A DNA stretch of 64,000 bases from Mytilus galloprovincialis. Lineage: Eukaryota. Where the stretch lies: assembly GCF_965363235.1 (NCBI RefSeq), contig NC_134841.1, forward strand, positions 74,653,723 to 74,717,722, read 5' to 3'. The stretch's first letter is position 1. Each line of letters opens with the position of its first letter. The position numbers were made by a program, and so were the translations under genes. Shown here in pieces: positions 37,567 to 50,400 of this stretch. The notes below the pieces were generated by a model. It was not told the origin of the DNA, made no database searches, and worked only from the letters and a program-made list of their open reading frames with translations.

Positions 37567-37844
37567 GTAATTTCGTAAATATTGTGTGTCTACCTACTTG
37601 GACAATTAAAAACATCTGCCTGTCTTAAAAAATAATTACAAGTTAGGATGCATCATTTTAAACTTTTCAAAGGTACGTTGTTTTCCAATGAATGTATATT
37701 TATTTTGACCTACATTTAATTGATTTTCAAGAAAAACAGTGAAATAGACAATTGAAGTGCCCGATTTTTAACCGGATTTTTGTGACAAAAATGTCGGTTA
37801 TTGATTTGGGGATGTACGGCGGGCGGGCGGGCGGGCGGCAATCA

Positions 37845-38640
37845 AATGTTGTCCGTGCATTAACTCATGAACCATTAAACCAAAGCTTTTAAAATTTTAA
37901 TATGTTATTACTGACAACTATACGAAGGTCAAGTTCAATAATGGCGATTTTGACTTTTACCGTTCAGGAGTTATGGTTCTTGAAAGATTGGAAAATGGAG
38001 TTGTCCGTGCATTTACGCATGAACTGTTCTACCAAAGCTTCCCAAATTTTAATATGTTGTTACTAATGAAAGAATGGAGGTCAAGTTCAATAATGACGAA
38101 TTTGACTTTTACCGTTCAGGAGTTATGGTTCTTGAAAGATTGAAAAATGGAGTTTCCAGTCGTGTCCGTGCATTTATGCATGAACTGTTCTACCAAAGCT
38201 TCCAAAATTTTAATATGCTGTTACTGATGACAAAATGGAGGTCAAGTTCAATAATGACGATTTTGACTTTTACCGTTCAGGAGTTATGGTTCTTGAAAGA
38301 TTGAAAAATGGTTTTTCCCGTCGTGTCCGTGCATTTTCTCATGAACCATTCAACCAAAGCTTTTGAAATTTTAATATGTTGTTACTGATGACAAAATAGA
38401 GGTCAAGTTCAATAATGACGATTTTGACTTTTACCGTTCAGGAGTTATGGTTCTTGAAAGATCGTAAAATGGCGTTTCCATTCAGGTTGTTGCATTTACT
38501 CATGAACCATTCAATCTAAGCTTTTCAAATTTTAATATGTTGATACTGATGACAAAATGGAGGTCAAATTTGATATTGACGATTTTCACTTTCACCATTC
38601 ATCAGTAATGGTTCTTGTGATATAGCCAGGACACAAATAA
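37845..38640. repeat. Satellite-like tandem array, ~160-bp unit × about 5, preceded by (GGGC)n, in the TEP1 intron
   Basis: The unit gtccgtgcatt...catgaac.gttctaccaaagctt.c.aaattttaatatg.tgttactgatgacaaaatggaggtcaagttcaataatgacga.tttgacttttaccgttcaggagttatggttcttgaaagattg recurs at about 37851, 37997, 38164, 38324 and 38496. Confidence 0.75.
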
Positions 38641-39200
38641 ATGTTAATAAATCCGGTTTGCTGTCGTTGTGACAGCCTCTTGTTTTAAGATATAATTAAA
38701 AAAAATCATGCTCTTCCATTTAAACCTAATAACAGCACATAGGGTCAAGTTCTTTCTTTTAGTTGTATAGATACCTACAAAATCTTAATCTTTATTCCAA
38801 TGAAGACCATAAAAAGAATTTTTCAATATACTGAACTGTGCAGTGGCACGACATTCCAACTAAAATATTCCAAGAAATGTACTATAATTATCTATTTCTT
38901 ATTTAATGTTTTTACCATGATAGTAGATTTTTTCGGAACCTTATGTAACAAACCTCATCAGTTATCTAAAAGTTGCTCCCCATTTTGGGACTTTAATGTT
39001 ATGGTAGATCATTGATTAGTCTCTGGTAAATTTATTCACAATTTGTTTAGTCTCTGAATGATTTTAAAGTGCTTGTAATATTGTTTGGCGCCTGTCTATT
39101 GTGAAAGACCAAATGTTCATATCTAGCAGTCTTTTTGGTTTATGCAATGATGGGTCAATGTCTAAATAATGTACATTATTTATTTGTTTGTAATTCTTAG

Positions 39201-39334
39201 ATATCAGATGTTATTTACGATGATAAAGAATCGAAAGAAGAGATTGAGAAGACGTCTTTTTCTCTGAAACAGCTGATTAGAAAACTACATATCACAGAGC
39301 CAGTGTACCATGTCATGGCTCTTATTGGTAAAAA
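39201..39334 (+). CDS. TEP1: TEP1 coding exon 7
   Basis: ISDVIYDDKESKEEIEKTSFSLKQLIRKLHITEPVYHVMALIGK aligns with human FTLKKLVQRLHIHKPAQHVQALLGYR. Confidence 0.8.
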
Positions 39335-39927
39335 GTATGCATTCTTTAAAAAATAATTAGTCTATGTGCCTCTAAAAGCTCCTCAAAAAACTGCATAATA
39401 TGATTGTCAAGTTGTATTGTTTCTGGAAAATATTTAAATTTTGTGCATAATCATAAAGGGCATGTAAAATAAAGTGTTTGTTTAACAGATAGAACAGAAA
39501 ATCCACTGCGGACTTGTTTAATGTATATTGCTGAAAATAATAATTAGAATTTATAAATTATATGTGTTGAACAAATTTTTGTCCAAAGAGTATAAATCCA
39601 TTGACTAGAAAATTGTGGATCACATTTTTGTAGAAAAAGTATAAATCTATTGACTACAAAATTGTTGGTTATACATTCTTTGTATGAAGCTAATATCTTT
39701 GTAAAACTGCATATTAAAACAAAATGAAATTTATCAAACATATATATCTTCAAAATGATTTGCCCAATAGATTTGTCCTAATTTTGTTGCTGGTGTAGAA
39801 GAGATAAAATACAGCTACCTCCCCCTGTAATGTTTTCTATTATGTTCTATGATCACTTATCATTATTTTTGCTGAAACTAATGGACAAAAACTAATTTTA
39901 ATCATTGCCTCAATTATTATTTAATAG

Positions 39928-40085
39928 GTATCCAGAGACATTAGAAGATTTTTACAAGTGTCGTCTTCCAGGACAATGGGAAGAAGAAAAGGCGGGAAAA
40001 AGAATGAAATTACCTGTCCCTGAGACTTGGGAAACTCAGGTTTCTCTTAAAGGAAACAAAGCATCAACATGGGAAGACTTAATAG
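39928..40085 (+). CDS. TEP1: TEP1 coding exon 8
   Basis: YPETLEDFYKCRLPGQWEEEKAGKRMKLPVPETWETQVSLKGNKASTWEDLI aligns with human YPSNLQLFSRSRLPGPWDSSRAGKRMKLSRPETWERELSLRGNKASVWEELI. Confidence 0.9.
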
Positions 40086-40713
40086 GTATGTGTATTTTAT
40101 TATCTTGTTTTTCTATCAGAAATTATTGTGAGGTTTATTAATACAAATAATGTAAAATAGTTGGTATCTCAATAATAAGAACTAGTATTCTGATATCTAA
40201 TACATATATATCTGTATGAAAACTTCCCTAGATCCACAACTATTAATCTCACATTTTTGTTCATTCATAAAAAATCGCCATTATAAATGCAGTAAATAAT
40301 TTCTGCATGTCTTTGCGTGTGCGAATGCTGCCTTGTAGCGGCATCACTCTTTTTAGAAATCTACAAGGGTGTCTTTTACGTACAAGAGATATGGCACTCT
40401 CTTAACACAGGTCAGCCATTTATTGTCCCCTTCTGTCGGACTATCATGGTTTCCTCAAGACCATACTCTGCATTTGCAATAATATATAATTTCATAAATA
40501 AATATACATGATAAATGTGATAGTAGTTTGTACATGATAATTTTTTTAAAAAGGTTTCTTTTTTCTCACATTTAATAATAATTTTGAAAGAGGAGAAATT
40601 GGTACAACCCTAAAGTAATGTCATCATCTTTTATAGCATTTTGTTAGCTAAATGTAGAGATTATGTATCTGATTTGAATATCAATTTAATAAATTTGTTT
40701 GTTTTTTAAACAG

Positions 40714-40823
40714 ACCATAAAAAGTTGCCTTTTATGGCAATGTTGAGGAATCTGAGAAATTTGATAAAAGCTGGCATCTCCAACAAACACCACACAGATA
40801 TTATCAATAGACTTACTAATGAG
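40714..40823 (+). CDS. TEP1: TEP1 coding exon 9
   Basis: DHKKLPFMAMLRNLRNLIKAGISNKHHTDIINRLTNE aligns with human ENGKLPFMAMLRNLCNLLRVGISSRHHELILQRLQHA. Confidence 0.9.
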
Positions 40824-41589
40824 GTATGTATAGTTCAAACACAGACACACCTACGCTTCCTTTTATATCTTTCCTTATTCGATATCCCAGCAAACAAGAA
40901 TTTAAGGTTTCAGGTTGTATATTTCGATCAGATTTGTGTCTATTTGCTTGTCTCTGGTTGAGTGATTGTATGTATTGCCTTATTAAACTTTATATGAACA
41001 GACATTTGAAATTAGGTTCCAGATACATAGATATCAATACATTTGAGACAAACAGAGGGTGGCCTAACCAGACATGTTTTTTTTTAATAGAAGTGACTGT
41101 TATGCATGGTAGGTTTCACTGTATTACTTTTATCATTTTACAAACTCTTGACATTTTTTGCCACAATTCTTGGTCAGTTGTCTGTGAAGTCTCTTTATAT
41201 ATGCTTGACCAGTACAAACTCCTTATAAATAAATAAATTTAATCTGTGATACAATGTAAATACAGAGTTAATAAAAATAAGGGACAAATTATTAAAGTAA
41301 AATTATAAAACTGCTGTGAAAATATCAACTTTGAAAAAAACTACGTCATATTATACACAGGTAAATGAACATAATTTTGTTGTTAAATATATTTCTTCTG
41401 TCTATATAATCCTCCATTTAGGAATACCAAGAAATTTCTTGTGTATCAATAAAACTAATCTAAAAATTGGTACATGTGGGGTGAATATCAACAATAAAAC
41501 TATACAATTGATGCTCATTAAAACTTTGTATTTGTTATAAGTTAAGCATGTATTTGTATTATTAATATGTGCATTTGACATAATTTCAG

Positions 41590-41680
41590 AGACAAGTTGT
41601 CAACAGTAAACAGTTCCCATTCAGATTTTTCTCTGCATATGAAGTTTTGGTTAACCTTGAGAAAGACTTTGAGGAAAGTC
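41590..41680 (+). CDS. TEP1: TEP1 coding exon 10
   Basis: RQVVNSKQFPFRFFSAYEVLVNLEKDFEES aligns with human KSVIHSRQFPFRFLNAHDAIDALEAQLRNQ. Confidence 0.85.
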
Positions 41681-41955
41681 GTAAGTAATCTCATTCCCTT
41701 TAACCCTGTTTATAATGGAATATTAGAATTAAGAATATTTTTGCATTAAACATTTAGACACGAGTGCATCATCTGAAAAGGAATAGTGCAAATCAAGACT
41801 GTTTCCTATCTATTAAAAAGAAAACTGGGTGCAAATAAATCATCCAAGCACTAAGAATCCAAAGCAACACGAAGAAATATATGATCCGTACAATTAAAAA
41901 ACAAAAGTGTAGGTTTTTTTATCTCTCAACATGTACAACTGATTTTTATTAACAG

Positions 41956-42157
41956 AAAAAAAGATTGTACAGGAGGCAGAGATTGCAGCCCAGTATGCAG
42001 CATTAGGAATTCCTCAACCAAGTGAACGAGCAAGAGGTCGTGGACGTGGTAGAGGGAGAGGTAGAGGTAGAGGACGAGGAGGAGGAGGGGCAGATGGAGA
42101 AGTACAGTGGTGGATAGAAAAGAGAAACAAAAAGAAAGCTGAAGCAGGAAAAGCAAA
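41956..42157 (+). CDS. TEP1: TEP1 coding exon 11, containing an (RG)n-rich tract; 3' boundary uncertain
   Basis: (Q)KKIVQEAEIAAQYAALGIPQPSERARGRGRGRGRGRGRGRGGGGADGEVQWWIEKRNKKKAEAGKAK. The donor GCAAA|gtatga at 42158 is chosen because it keeps phase and makes KAK+3aa+YD match human KAR-QWK-YD. The frame stays open to 42224, and a stronger-looking gtaaag donor at 42224 gives an in-frame stop with the next exon. Confidence 0.55.
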
Positions 42158-42889
42158 GTATGATAATATTAACACTGTCACATGTTTGCCATCGAAATGC
42201 AAAAAATATCTTCTTGGATTATGGTAAAGCTTTAAGGTTTTGTTTGCTATGAGTTAAGTGTTTGTCTCTGATATTTTCTTTTCTTTGTTGAATTTGTATA
42301 CAACTTGTATGGACATTGAGTGATTTAAAGAGCTTATCAAGTGGTGTGGTAACTTACCCTTTGTTTAAGATTGTATGGTGTCGTCTAGATTTTTAATTTT
42401 CTTAATTTGTGTTGTTTGGTTGCTGTCTCATAATGTTTACTTCACAGCAAGGATCCAGAATTTTTTTTTATCTAATTTCGGTCATTTTCATATAATTTAA
42501 ATGCTGACCTGCCCTTTTCAAAAAAGGATTGTCAAAATCTCATAACTGCAAGAGTATGCTCATACTCGTAGCATCATCAAACTTGTTTCACTGTTGCATC
42601 TATAGCATTTACTTCACGTTTTATCCTTCCATTTTCCTAAAAATCGATCAAGAGCATTTAAGGGAAGGCAACAGCTTAAAAATAATATGATTTTAATGAC
42701 CCAAAATAATAATTTTCTAAGCTCCTATTATTTATATAAACATTTATCTGTCATCTATAATTGAACCCATATTTCATAATTACAGCCAAATGACTTGAGT
42801 ATGTAGGTTAACAAAAAAAATCTTGCTTGTTAGCTGAACAGTTAAATCAATATTAGGTTAGGTATACTATTGCTGTTGTCTGTTCTATG

Positions 42890-42950
42890 GTAGGGTTGTT
42901 GTCTCTTTGACACATTCCCCATTTCTATTCTCAATTTTATCCATCTTTCA
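42890..42950 (+). repeat. Partial SINE-like repeat copy (same family as 366-600 and 50738-50880)
   Basis: gggttgttgtctctttgacacattccccatttctattctcaattttatcc. Confidence 0.35.
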
Positions 42951-43221
42951 GAGAATTCTAGTCCTACTGACAGATATTGGTTATCTGTCAGACTAGATGA
43001 CTCTATAAAGACAGAAGTATACCTAACCTTATAATGATTTCATGGTTCAGCTATCTAGAAAGGTAACCAAAGATTTTGTTTGAACCTACAAACTCAAGGC
43101 ATTTGGCTGTATTTATCATTTTATGGTCTCATTACCAATTGTTGTCAAGGAAAAAGCTAAATTTTATTGAAATCTGACTGCAATGCCTTCTGCAATCATT
43201 GTAAATCATATTATATTTCAG

Positions 43222-43402
43222 AGAGACTCCTTATGATCCAAATCTGATACAGAGATACAGAAAAGCCTTAGATACAGCTGTTAAAATAGCAACAGTATAC
43301 AATGTCCAGCCAATCAAAGGAAAGACAATCGTTTTCTGTGATGTTGGAGAGAATATGGATGTTAATTGTACAGCTGCTAGGGGTCTTGGAAAACCCAGAA
43401 AG
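43222..43402 (+). CDS. TEP1: TEP1 coding exon 12
   Basis: ETPYDPNLIQRYRKALDTAVKIATVYNVQPIKGKTIVFCDVGENMDVNCTAARGLGKPRK aligns with human KYDGEMLNRYRQALETAVNLSVKHSLPLLPGRTVLVYLTDANADRLCPKSNPQG. Confidence 0.85.
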
Positions 43403-44115
43403 GTTAGACCAACTACATTGGTATAAATTAACTTAAACTTCTGGTAAACATGAAAACCTAGACTGGAATCGTTATTTACTTTACATTGCTGTGATATTTG
43501 CCTAATGAGTTGCAATATTATAACACCAGTTGATGCACTTTGTCCAATCTTTAAATTGGATAGAGAAACATAGACACAAAATCAGTACATGCACAGCAAA
43601 TAATATACAAAAAACAAAGAAACAGCACTTTTATTGCTGTTCTGCATCTCAAAGTCCCAGTGAAGTAGATTAAATTTAATTTGCTTCCATCCCACTAATG
43701 CACATTTATTTGTATTTTGGACTTTGACAATCAACCAGTTAATAGGAACAATCAGAGTTATTACACTGGAAAATTAAATTTAAAAATGATAAATAAAAGG
43801 AAAGATACAGATTAAGAAGATTGGTCAAAGTTATCAAGGTTCCAGGCAAAGTTAAAAATCAATTTTTGTAAAAAAAAAAAAAAAATCATCTATCAATGGA
43901 AAATATTTCTCAATTGATTTATGACATAAATTATTCTAGTGCTGAAAATTTGACAGGTTTAACAGTCTGAAAGCAGCTGAAAGGTCTTAAAATGGCCTAA
44001 TTTTTCAAAATTGTATGTTATCATGATAAATCATTGCATGTTTGAATATGTATTAGAAAAAATGTATCAATAATTTTGTGTATTTCAGTTCAAAATAAAT
44101 TTCTTTTTATTATAG

Positions 44116-44262
44116 ATGAGAGAAGTAGCTGTGTTGATGGGTTTGATGTGTAAATACTCATGTGAGAACTGTGAATTTGTTGTATTTGATGAGTCCCGTT
44201 ACGACCTGGTCACACCAAAACCTGGAACAATTCTGAATAACATGGAAGATACGCTTACTGTT
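44116..44262 (+). CDS. TEP1: TEP1 coding exon 13
   Basis: MREVAVLMGLMCKYSCENCEFVVFDESRYDLVTPKPGTILNNMEDTLTV aligns with human LNYALLLIGMMITRAEQVDVVLCGGDTLKTAVLKAEEGILKTAIKL. Matches ORF 44116..44298. Confidence 0.8.
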
Positions 44263-44918
44263 GTAAGTAGTTTAAAAAGTCTTATGTGTCCATATTGAAG
44301 ATTTAGAATATATTATTCATGAGTGGCCTTTAAAAAAAAATAATATCTATAATTTAATAAAAACAACATTATCTATAATTTAAGAAAAAAAAGAAGCATA
44401 TAAGAATGCTCATTAGGATGCTGTGGGTGGCAATCCATGTTCATAACCAGTTTATGCATGTCATGTCATGTTCATAACCAGTTTATGCTAGTCATGCTAG
44501 TTTAATTAAAAAGAAAAAGTACTGGTTAGAAAATAAATTTAGCTTCTTTTTGGGAATAAAATCATCATAAAAACCAGTATCAAAATTTTGTACAAGCACC
44601 TTGTCTACAAAAGACACACCAATGAAGCTTGAATCAAAAAAGTTAAAAAGGCCAAATAAAGTACAAAGTTGAAAAACATTCAGGACACAAATCTCTGAGA
44701 GATTTTGTCATATACAGTTTAAGTTATATTATACTTATACAATCCTCATTATATTTGAAGATATTTTTCTTTTTACATTTGTAGGCTGTTAACAAAATTT
44801 TTTTGTCTTCATGTTCAAAATATTTGTCATTTTGAAACAAATTTACCTACATTTGTTTGAGTTAAGATGAAGTCTTTTTGTGCATAATATATATTATTTG
44901 AACACATTTTTATTTTAG

Positions 44919-45005
44919 TTGGATAAACAAATGCAGACCGGCAAGAACTTTGAATACAAAATTCCAGATTGTATATTAAATGCTGCTTTGGTGGATAGAC
45001 AACAG
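44919..45005 (+). CDS. TEP1: TEP1 coding exon 14
   Basis: LDKQMQTGKNFEYKIPDCILNAALVDRQQ; acceptor tattttag, donor CAG|gtttga. Aligns with human ...TFGKYLLSLAGQRVPVDRVILLGQ. Confidence 0.7.
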
Positions 45006-45393
45006 GTTTGAACTGTAGTGTAAAAAAGTTTGGATAAATTGTCATTTAGACAGCTACCTAACAATTATCATTCCAATATCCATGGTTAGCTTCTAGTATT
45101 TTCATGACTGTCACAATAGAATTGAAATGTTTACAGCAATAGTATATATTTTTAAACAAAATTCTTTGGATTTAGTTTGGGAATTCGCAAATGTCTTTTC
45201 ACTACTTTTTTTTATATATTTCATACATATTTGCATATTTCAAAAAAAAAATTAAAATTGAATTTCTGGAAGTTCATTTTTCAGGTATACTTTAATGAGT
45301 TCATTAAAAAATGAAGAAATTACATATGTATAAAACACATAATTTGCAATGTTTTACTGTGTTTTGATTTCCCTGACTTTGTTTGGTTTACAG

Positions 45394-45533
45394 ATTGATA
45401 ACTTGATAATTCTGAGTGGTGGAGTTGACAGTGTACAGCAGGACTTTGTCTCCTTCTTCTTGAAGAAGTTTAGACAACTGGTAAACCCTAATCTGTTATA
45501 TGCCAATATTTCATTCAGTGGAAAAGGTTGTGG
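45394..45533 (+). CDS. TEP1: TEP1 coding exon 15
   Basis: IDNLIILSGGVDSVQQDFVSFFLKKFRQLVNPNLLYANISFSGKGC aligns with human VDRVILLGQSMDDGMINVAKQLYWQRVNSKCLFVGILL. The donor GG|gtatgt at 45534 is the one that restores phase to the next exon. Confidence 0.7.
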
Positions 45534-45978
45534 GTATGTATATAATATTAATTTAAGCTAAAATAAGTCTTAAAATAACAAAGATAGGTCTTTATATTAT
45601 AAGTAGATAGAATCACAGAAATGTTGTATACAAGGTCTCTTCATTATTGATACATTGTGTAAATTAAATAGTTTAATAAAACTATCAACTATAGACATTT
45701 TTAATGAAAATCTGCCCAAAATAAAATGTTTTACATTGTTATTTTGGGGCCTTTTATAGTTGATTATGCGGTATGGGCTTTGTTCATTGTTGAAGATCCA
45801 TACAGTGACCTACAGTTGTTAATTTCTGTGTCATTTTGGTCTCTTGTGGAGAGTTGTCTCATTGGCAATCATACCAAATCTTCTTTATTAATGTTTACAA
45901 AAATTTGTTATTAGAAATGTCATTCGTGAGAGTAAATGTTTTGTATATTTAAAAAAAATAATCTTGTTATATTTTTAG

Positions 45979-46050
45979 ATTTTCTGAGAGTATCAAACCA
46001 GAGAATGATAATGACATCTATATCACAGGATTTAGTGATGCTATACTGAG
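45979..46050 (+). CDS. TEP1: TEP1 coding exon 16
   Basis: (G)FSESIKPENDNDIYITGFSDAIL(R) aligns with human STDLNPNDVTLSGCTDAILK. Confidence 0.7.
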
Positions 46051-46334
46051 GTAATACTTATCTACTAAAACATATATGCATAAGTTATATTGACTTAATA
46101 TATCAAGCTTTCAATTATTTGTCAGTATGAGACAAGAATTTTACAGAAAACTTACAGGATAAGATTTAATGTTAATTATTCATGTTGTCATGTGGTTTAT
46201 TCCCAATAAATTCCTTTTTAGTCCCTTAAACTTATTTGAAATCTTTACTATGCATGAACTATATACGACTGGATGTTAAGCAAACAAGAATCAAACAAAT
46301 ACACCAATTTATGTTTTAATTTGATTTTGAACAG

Positions 46335-46493
46335 ATTCATTGCTGAGAGAGGTGATGGAGGACAACTTATGCATGTTGATAAGATAGATGAATTCTTCAA
46401 ACTGAAACCTATGCCAATACTACAAGATGTCTCAAGACCAGCAAGGTCTGTTCCTGTTGAGAGACCACTGGCAATACCATGCAACACACCATG
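46335..46493 (+). CDS. TEP1: TEP1 coding exon 17
   Basis: (R)FIAERGDGGQLMHVDKIDEFFKLKPMPILQDVSRPARSVPVERPLAIPCNTP aligns with human KFIAEHGASHLLEHVGQMDKIFKIPPPPGKTGVQSLRPLEEDTPSPLAPVSQQ. Confidence 0.85.
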
Positions 46494-46703
46494 GTAAGTT
46501 AGATAACTTGTTACAGTAGAAATTAACTGTGTTTTCATAAATATTCAAGGAGTATCAATTTTAGAGGATCTAGTGGATATAGATAAATTATGAATAAAAA
46601 TGTTCAACAAAGTATACATTTTCTATGAAAATGATTTGGCATAAAAAATCTATCTAGTAATTGAATCATGAATGTGTGCAATACTGTTTTCTTCCTTTAA
46701 TAG

Positions 46704-46880
46704 CTGGAGAACCTTCAGAGTTTTTATATCATCAACATTTCGAGATATGCATGGAGAGAGAGATGTTTTAACAAGATATGTCTTCCCAGAGTTACGTGCC
46801 CTTGGAAAGAAACATTTTATAAATGTTTATGAAGTTGATTTGAGGTGGGGAGTAACAGAAGAAGAGACAAAACATCATAA
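46704..46880 (+). CDS. TEP1: TEP1 coding exon 18 (DUF4062-type region)
   Basis: [58 protein letters not shown] aligns with human [58 protein letters not shown]. Confidence 0.95.
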
Positions 46881-47169
46881 GTAAGAATTCTATATTAAGA
46901 CATAAGTGTAATATATTTACTGATTGACTCAAAATGTATCTTCTTTTGTAAAAACTTATCTGAATTGAATAAAGTCCCTATCGTTATTTTTTTTTAAATG
47001 AAATTGTTATAGTTATTAAAATTTTAACTTTTGTTGATTTATGTTATTGAATGATTTAAAATATAAAAAAAATAGATCACAAAGAAAATCATTTTAATTT
47101 TTGTTTTTGAAAATTTATCTCAATTAGAACATTATGCATTTAAGATTAAACTGTATTGTTCTTTTGTAG

Positions 47170-47412
47170 AACATTGGAGTTATGCTTATCAGAAGTTTCC
47201 AAATGCCAGTATTTTATTGGAATCCTAGGGGAACGATATGGGTATATGCCTGATAAATACACAGTTCCAGATACACCTGAATATGACTGGGTGAAACATT
47301 ACCCTCAAGGGGCCTCAGTGACAGAATTAGAAATGCATTTAGGAGTGTTGATGCATCCTGCACAGAAACAGGACAAAGCTGTGATGATGATCAGGAACAA
47401 TAATTTTATTAA
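47170..47412 (+). CDS. TEP1: TEP1 coding exon 19
   Basis: TLELCLSEVSKCQYFIGILGERYGYMPDKYTVPDTPEYDWVKHYPQGASVTELEMH...VMMIRNNNFI aligns with human [58 protein letters not shown]...ALIYFRDSSFL. Confidence 0.95.
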
Positions 47413-50400
47413 GTAAGTACAAATTTGGCAGTTTTTGGGGAAGACGGCTTCAAGCCGTCAATCCCCAATGGGGTTGACCAGAGTGACATTCCCTCACATC
47501 ATTCATTTTGTTTTTATAGTGTGGAAAACCCTCCAACAAATCTTACTAAGAATGATGAGATGGGGAGACACAAATGAATAAATTGACTTTAAACACTTTT
47601 TTACACATTTCCCTTCTGTTTCTCTCGAAATTATCGTATATCGAGCTCTCCTTTACACTATTTACGTTTCTTTTACAATCCGGAAAAATCAGTATGACGA
47701 GATATTCTAAATATATTCAACCTACATTATATGTTATAGTGACGTCATTGTTGGAATGCCACACTACGCATAAGCAGGGATATCCTTCACTGGTTATTTA
47801 AATCATTCTCAAAGATTGTGCACTTATTAAAAAATAGTATTTGTTGAATTTAAACATAATGATGTTTGCTGTAGATGATTTAAACATCAACATGCAATAC
47901 TTTAATTTGTAGGTCAACAACTTTCAAAGTAAACAGGAAGTCAGAGGGGCTACATGAGATCGGGGAGAGAAACGATCTTTTCCATTTTTTTCTGTAAAAC
48001 TCTGTTTTGAGAATCTTCCTCCAATTCAGGAGCACCTCAATTTATTAGCTAATTATCCACTAAAATAAACACTTAAAATGTGACATTTAGTATATGATAA
48101 GTAGTCTTTCATTACAACTAAATTTTGTGTACCAATATAATCATTGTAATAGTTACAAAAAAATTACAAATGTTGCATTTTGTAGTTTAAACCTATTTAT
48201 TCATGAAATTTTACAAATATTTCAAAATGTAGGATTTGGAAACAAGCTTCACACAGTTAACATCAATCATATTGTTATTTTTATTAGTACCTGTATCCCT
48301 GTGATGAGAGATATAACTGGGAACTTTATCAATGGAAATTTAAAACTTAATAGATTTTTCAGTCCTAACTTTCTTAAGAAAAAAATTGAAAATTTTAAGA
48401 GTACTGTCACAAAAAATGGAAAATGGCCCTAGCCTACAGTTCAGTCGTACACTATTAAGATTTCAAAAATAATTGTAGTTGTTGTTAAACAGGGTTTAAG
48501 CTAGGATTTTGAGGGCTTTAGTCACTTTTGCGCGCTATTAAAATCAACCTTATTTTGTGTAAAAGCAATGGAACAATGATGTATATTAATACTAGCTTCA
48601 TCTTTTGACTTAGTCAGATTTTAAGGGATTGAGGCACCAGCTTGATTGGCAGTTAATGTATGATTTGACTGTATTGGCCATTATTATGAAAGATTCTGAC
48701 ATGGAATCCAGAAATTTAATTCACAATTTCTCTTCAGTTTGTTCCAGGGGTCATTCCTGATCAACAAAAGTTGGATTCTAATTTTTTTTAAACAAGGAAT
48801 CACAGCAGAAATTAATTTGCAATGATTATTTCACTGCATAATCATTATCCTTATAAAACGTCTAAGTCGATATTTGGAAATCATTTCTATCAAGTTGGAA
48901 ATGTATAAAAATCCTTTCTGGAACGATTATAATGACTGAAAGGAGGTTGCAAACAAATCAACACTAGATCACTTTTACTACTTTCGGTTTTAAAATGAAA
49001 CGAAAACGGGAAGTGACACGTGGATAATAAATTCAAAACGAGTCCGGATTCATCAGGAAATTATCATTTTTCTATTTAAATTCCTTTAGTAAGAGATATA
49101 TATTTGTCTCTCTCGATTAATTGATTCTAAATGATTTCGTATTTTACGTTTTTAATGTCTATAAATAGTCAAAGGAATACTTTCACGCATGCGTAGAACA
49201 CAATACAGGAAGCACCTGTTTAAAACATTTTCTCATGAACTTTTTGAATAAAAACATTAAAGTTCTTTATTTTAAATGGAAATTTTCGAAAGTTTTTTAT
49301 GAAAATTTAAATCAAATATGACGAAAATTCCTTCGAATGACGAATCTACGACAAACTATCTTCAGATTGTGATCGTTTGGGAAATATTGAAATTCAAATG
49401 CGAACTGTCCGGGTTGTTACATTTTTGATTAAATGACGAAATTATACTCCTGGTTGTTGAAATGCCGACTGACTGATTTTCCTGGGGAAATAATAATGAT
49501 GGTCATTCAATTATGGGGTTAATTAATAAATAACGGATAAGTGACCCATCTGATGGCGATAAGCGGATTAGTTGTAATCACAACTTGTAACACCTGTTGA
49601 AAATGTTAATTACCTGGAGGTCATAAACTTGTCAAAATCATGAAGACAGGTAGATTTATAGTTTTTATTGCGAAATTCTTTTTACACTTTCAAAATTAAA
49701 GTGACGAAATTGATTTGAAAAACTTTCGTCAATGAGAAAACCCTTTCGTAAAATACGAAAGTGACGAGCGCTAGCAAAATCACTGTGTTAAATGACAGAA
49801 TTCAACTAGTTGAATTTTAGATAATTAACTATCAACTTTAATTGAATGTTTAGATTTAGAAGATGCAGATCTCTTCCATTGGTCTAAATTGAATCCTAAA
49901 CTAAAGAAACGAAATTACATTAAACAACAATTGATTCTAATAGTGTCAACCTTCCACATGTTCTAGCTGTTCTTTTTTTCATTCTTTATATGAAGACTAT
50001 CAAAAGATAACCCCCACCCCTAACCCCACCCCCAAAAAATGAAATAGAAACAAGGGCCGTCTTTCCCCTCAGAGCTATTCAGCTCTTTGATTTACTCTCT
50101 GGTCACATTCGCAATTTTACAAGTTAATGCATAGGTATTTACTGAGAAATGTGCGTCCAAACTGAACCCTAAACTACAAACTTGAATTATTTGAACTTTT
50201 GTGGTAGGACACATCTTGAATATTCCTTAATACTTTAACCCAGGTAAATGAACACCTGTCTATTCCCAATGCAATCTTCAGTCTTTCACAGTAATGAGTA
50301 GATGGTATGATACTAAACCCCTAACGGGAAGGATTGTGCCTGATGTTCATATGATGAAATCATAATCTTTCAGTCAGTTTAATTGAAGTCTGGAGCTGGC

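Noticed and set aside
40826-41236. 136-aa plus-strand ORF in the TEP1 intron between exons 9 and 10
   Set aside because: It has no homology signal, is AT-rich, and is not phase- or splice-compatible with the neighbouring conserved exons. It is probably a chance ORF.
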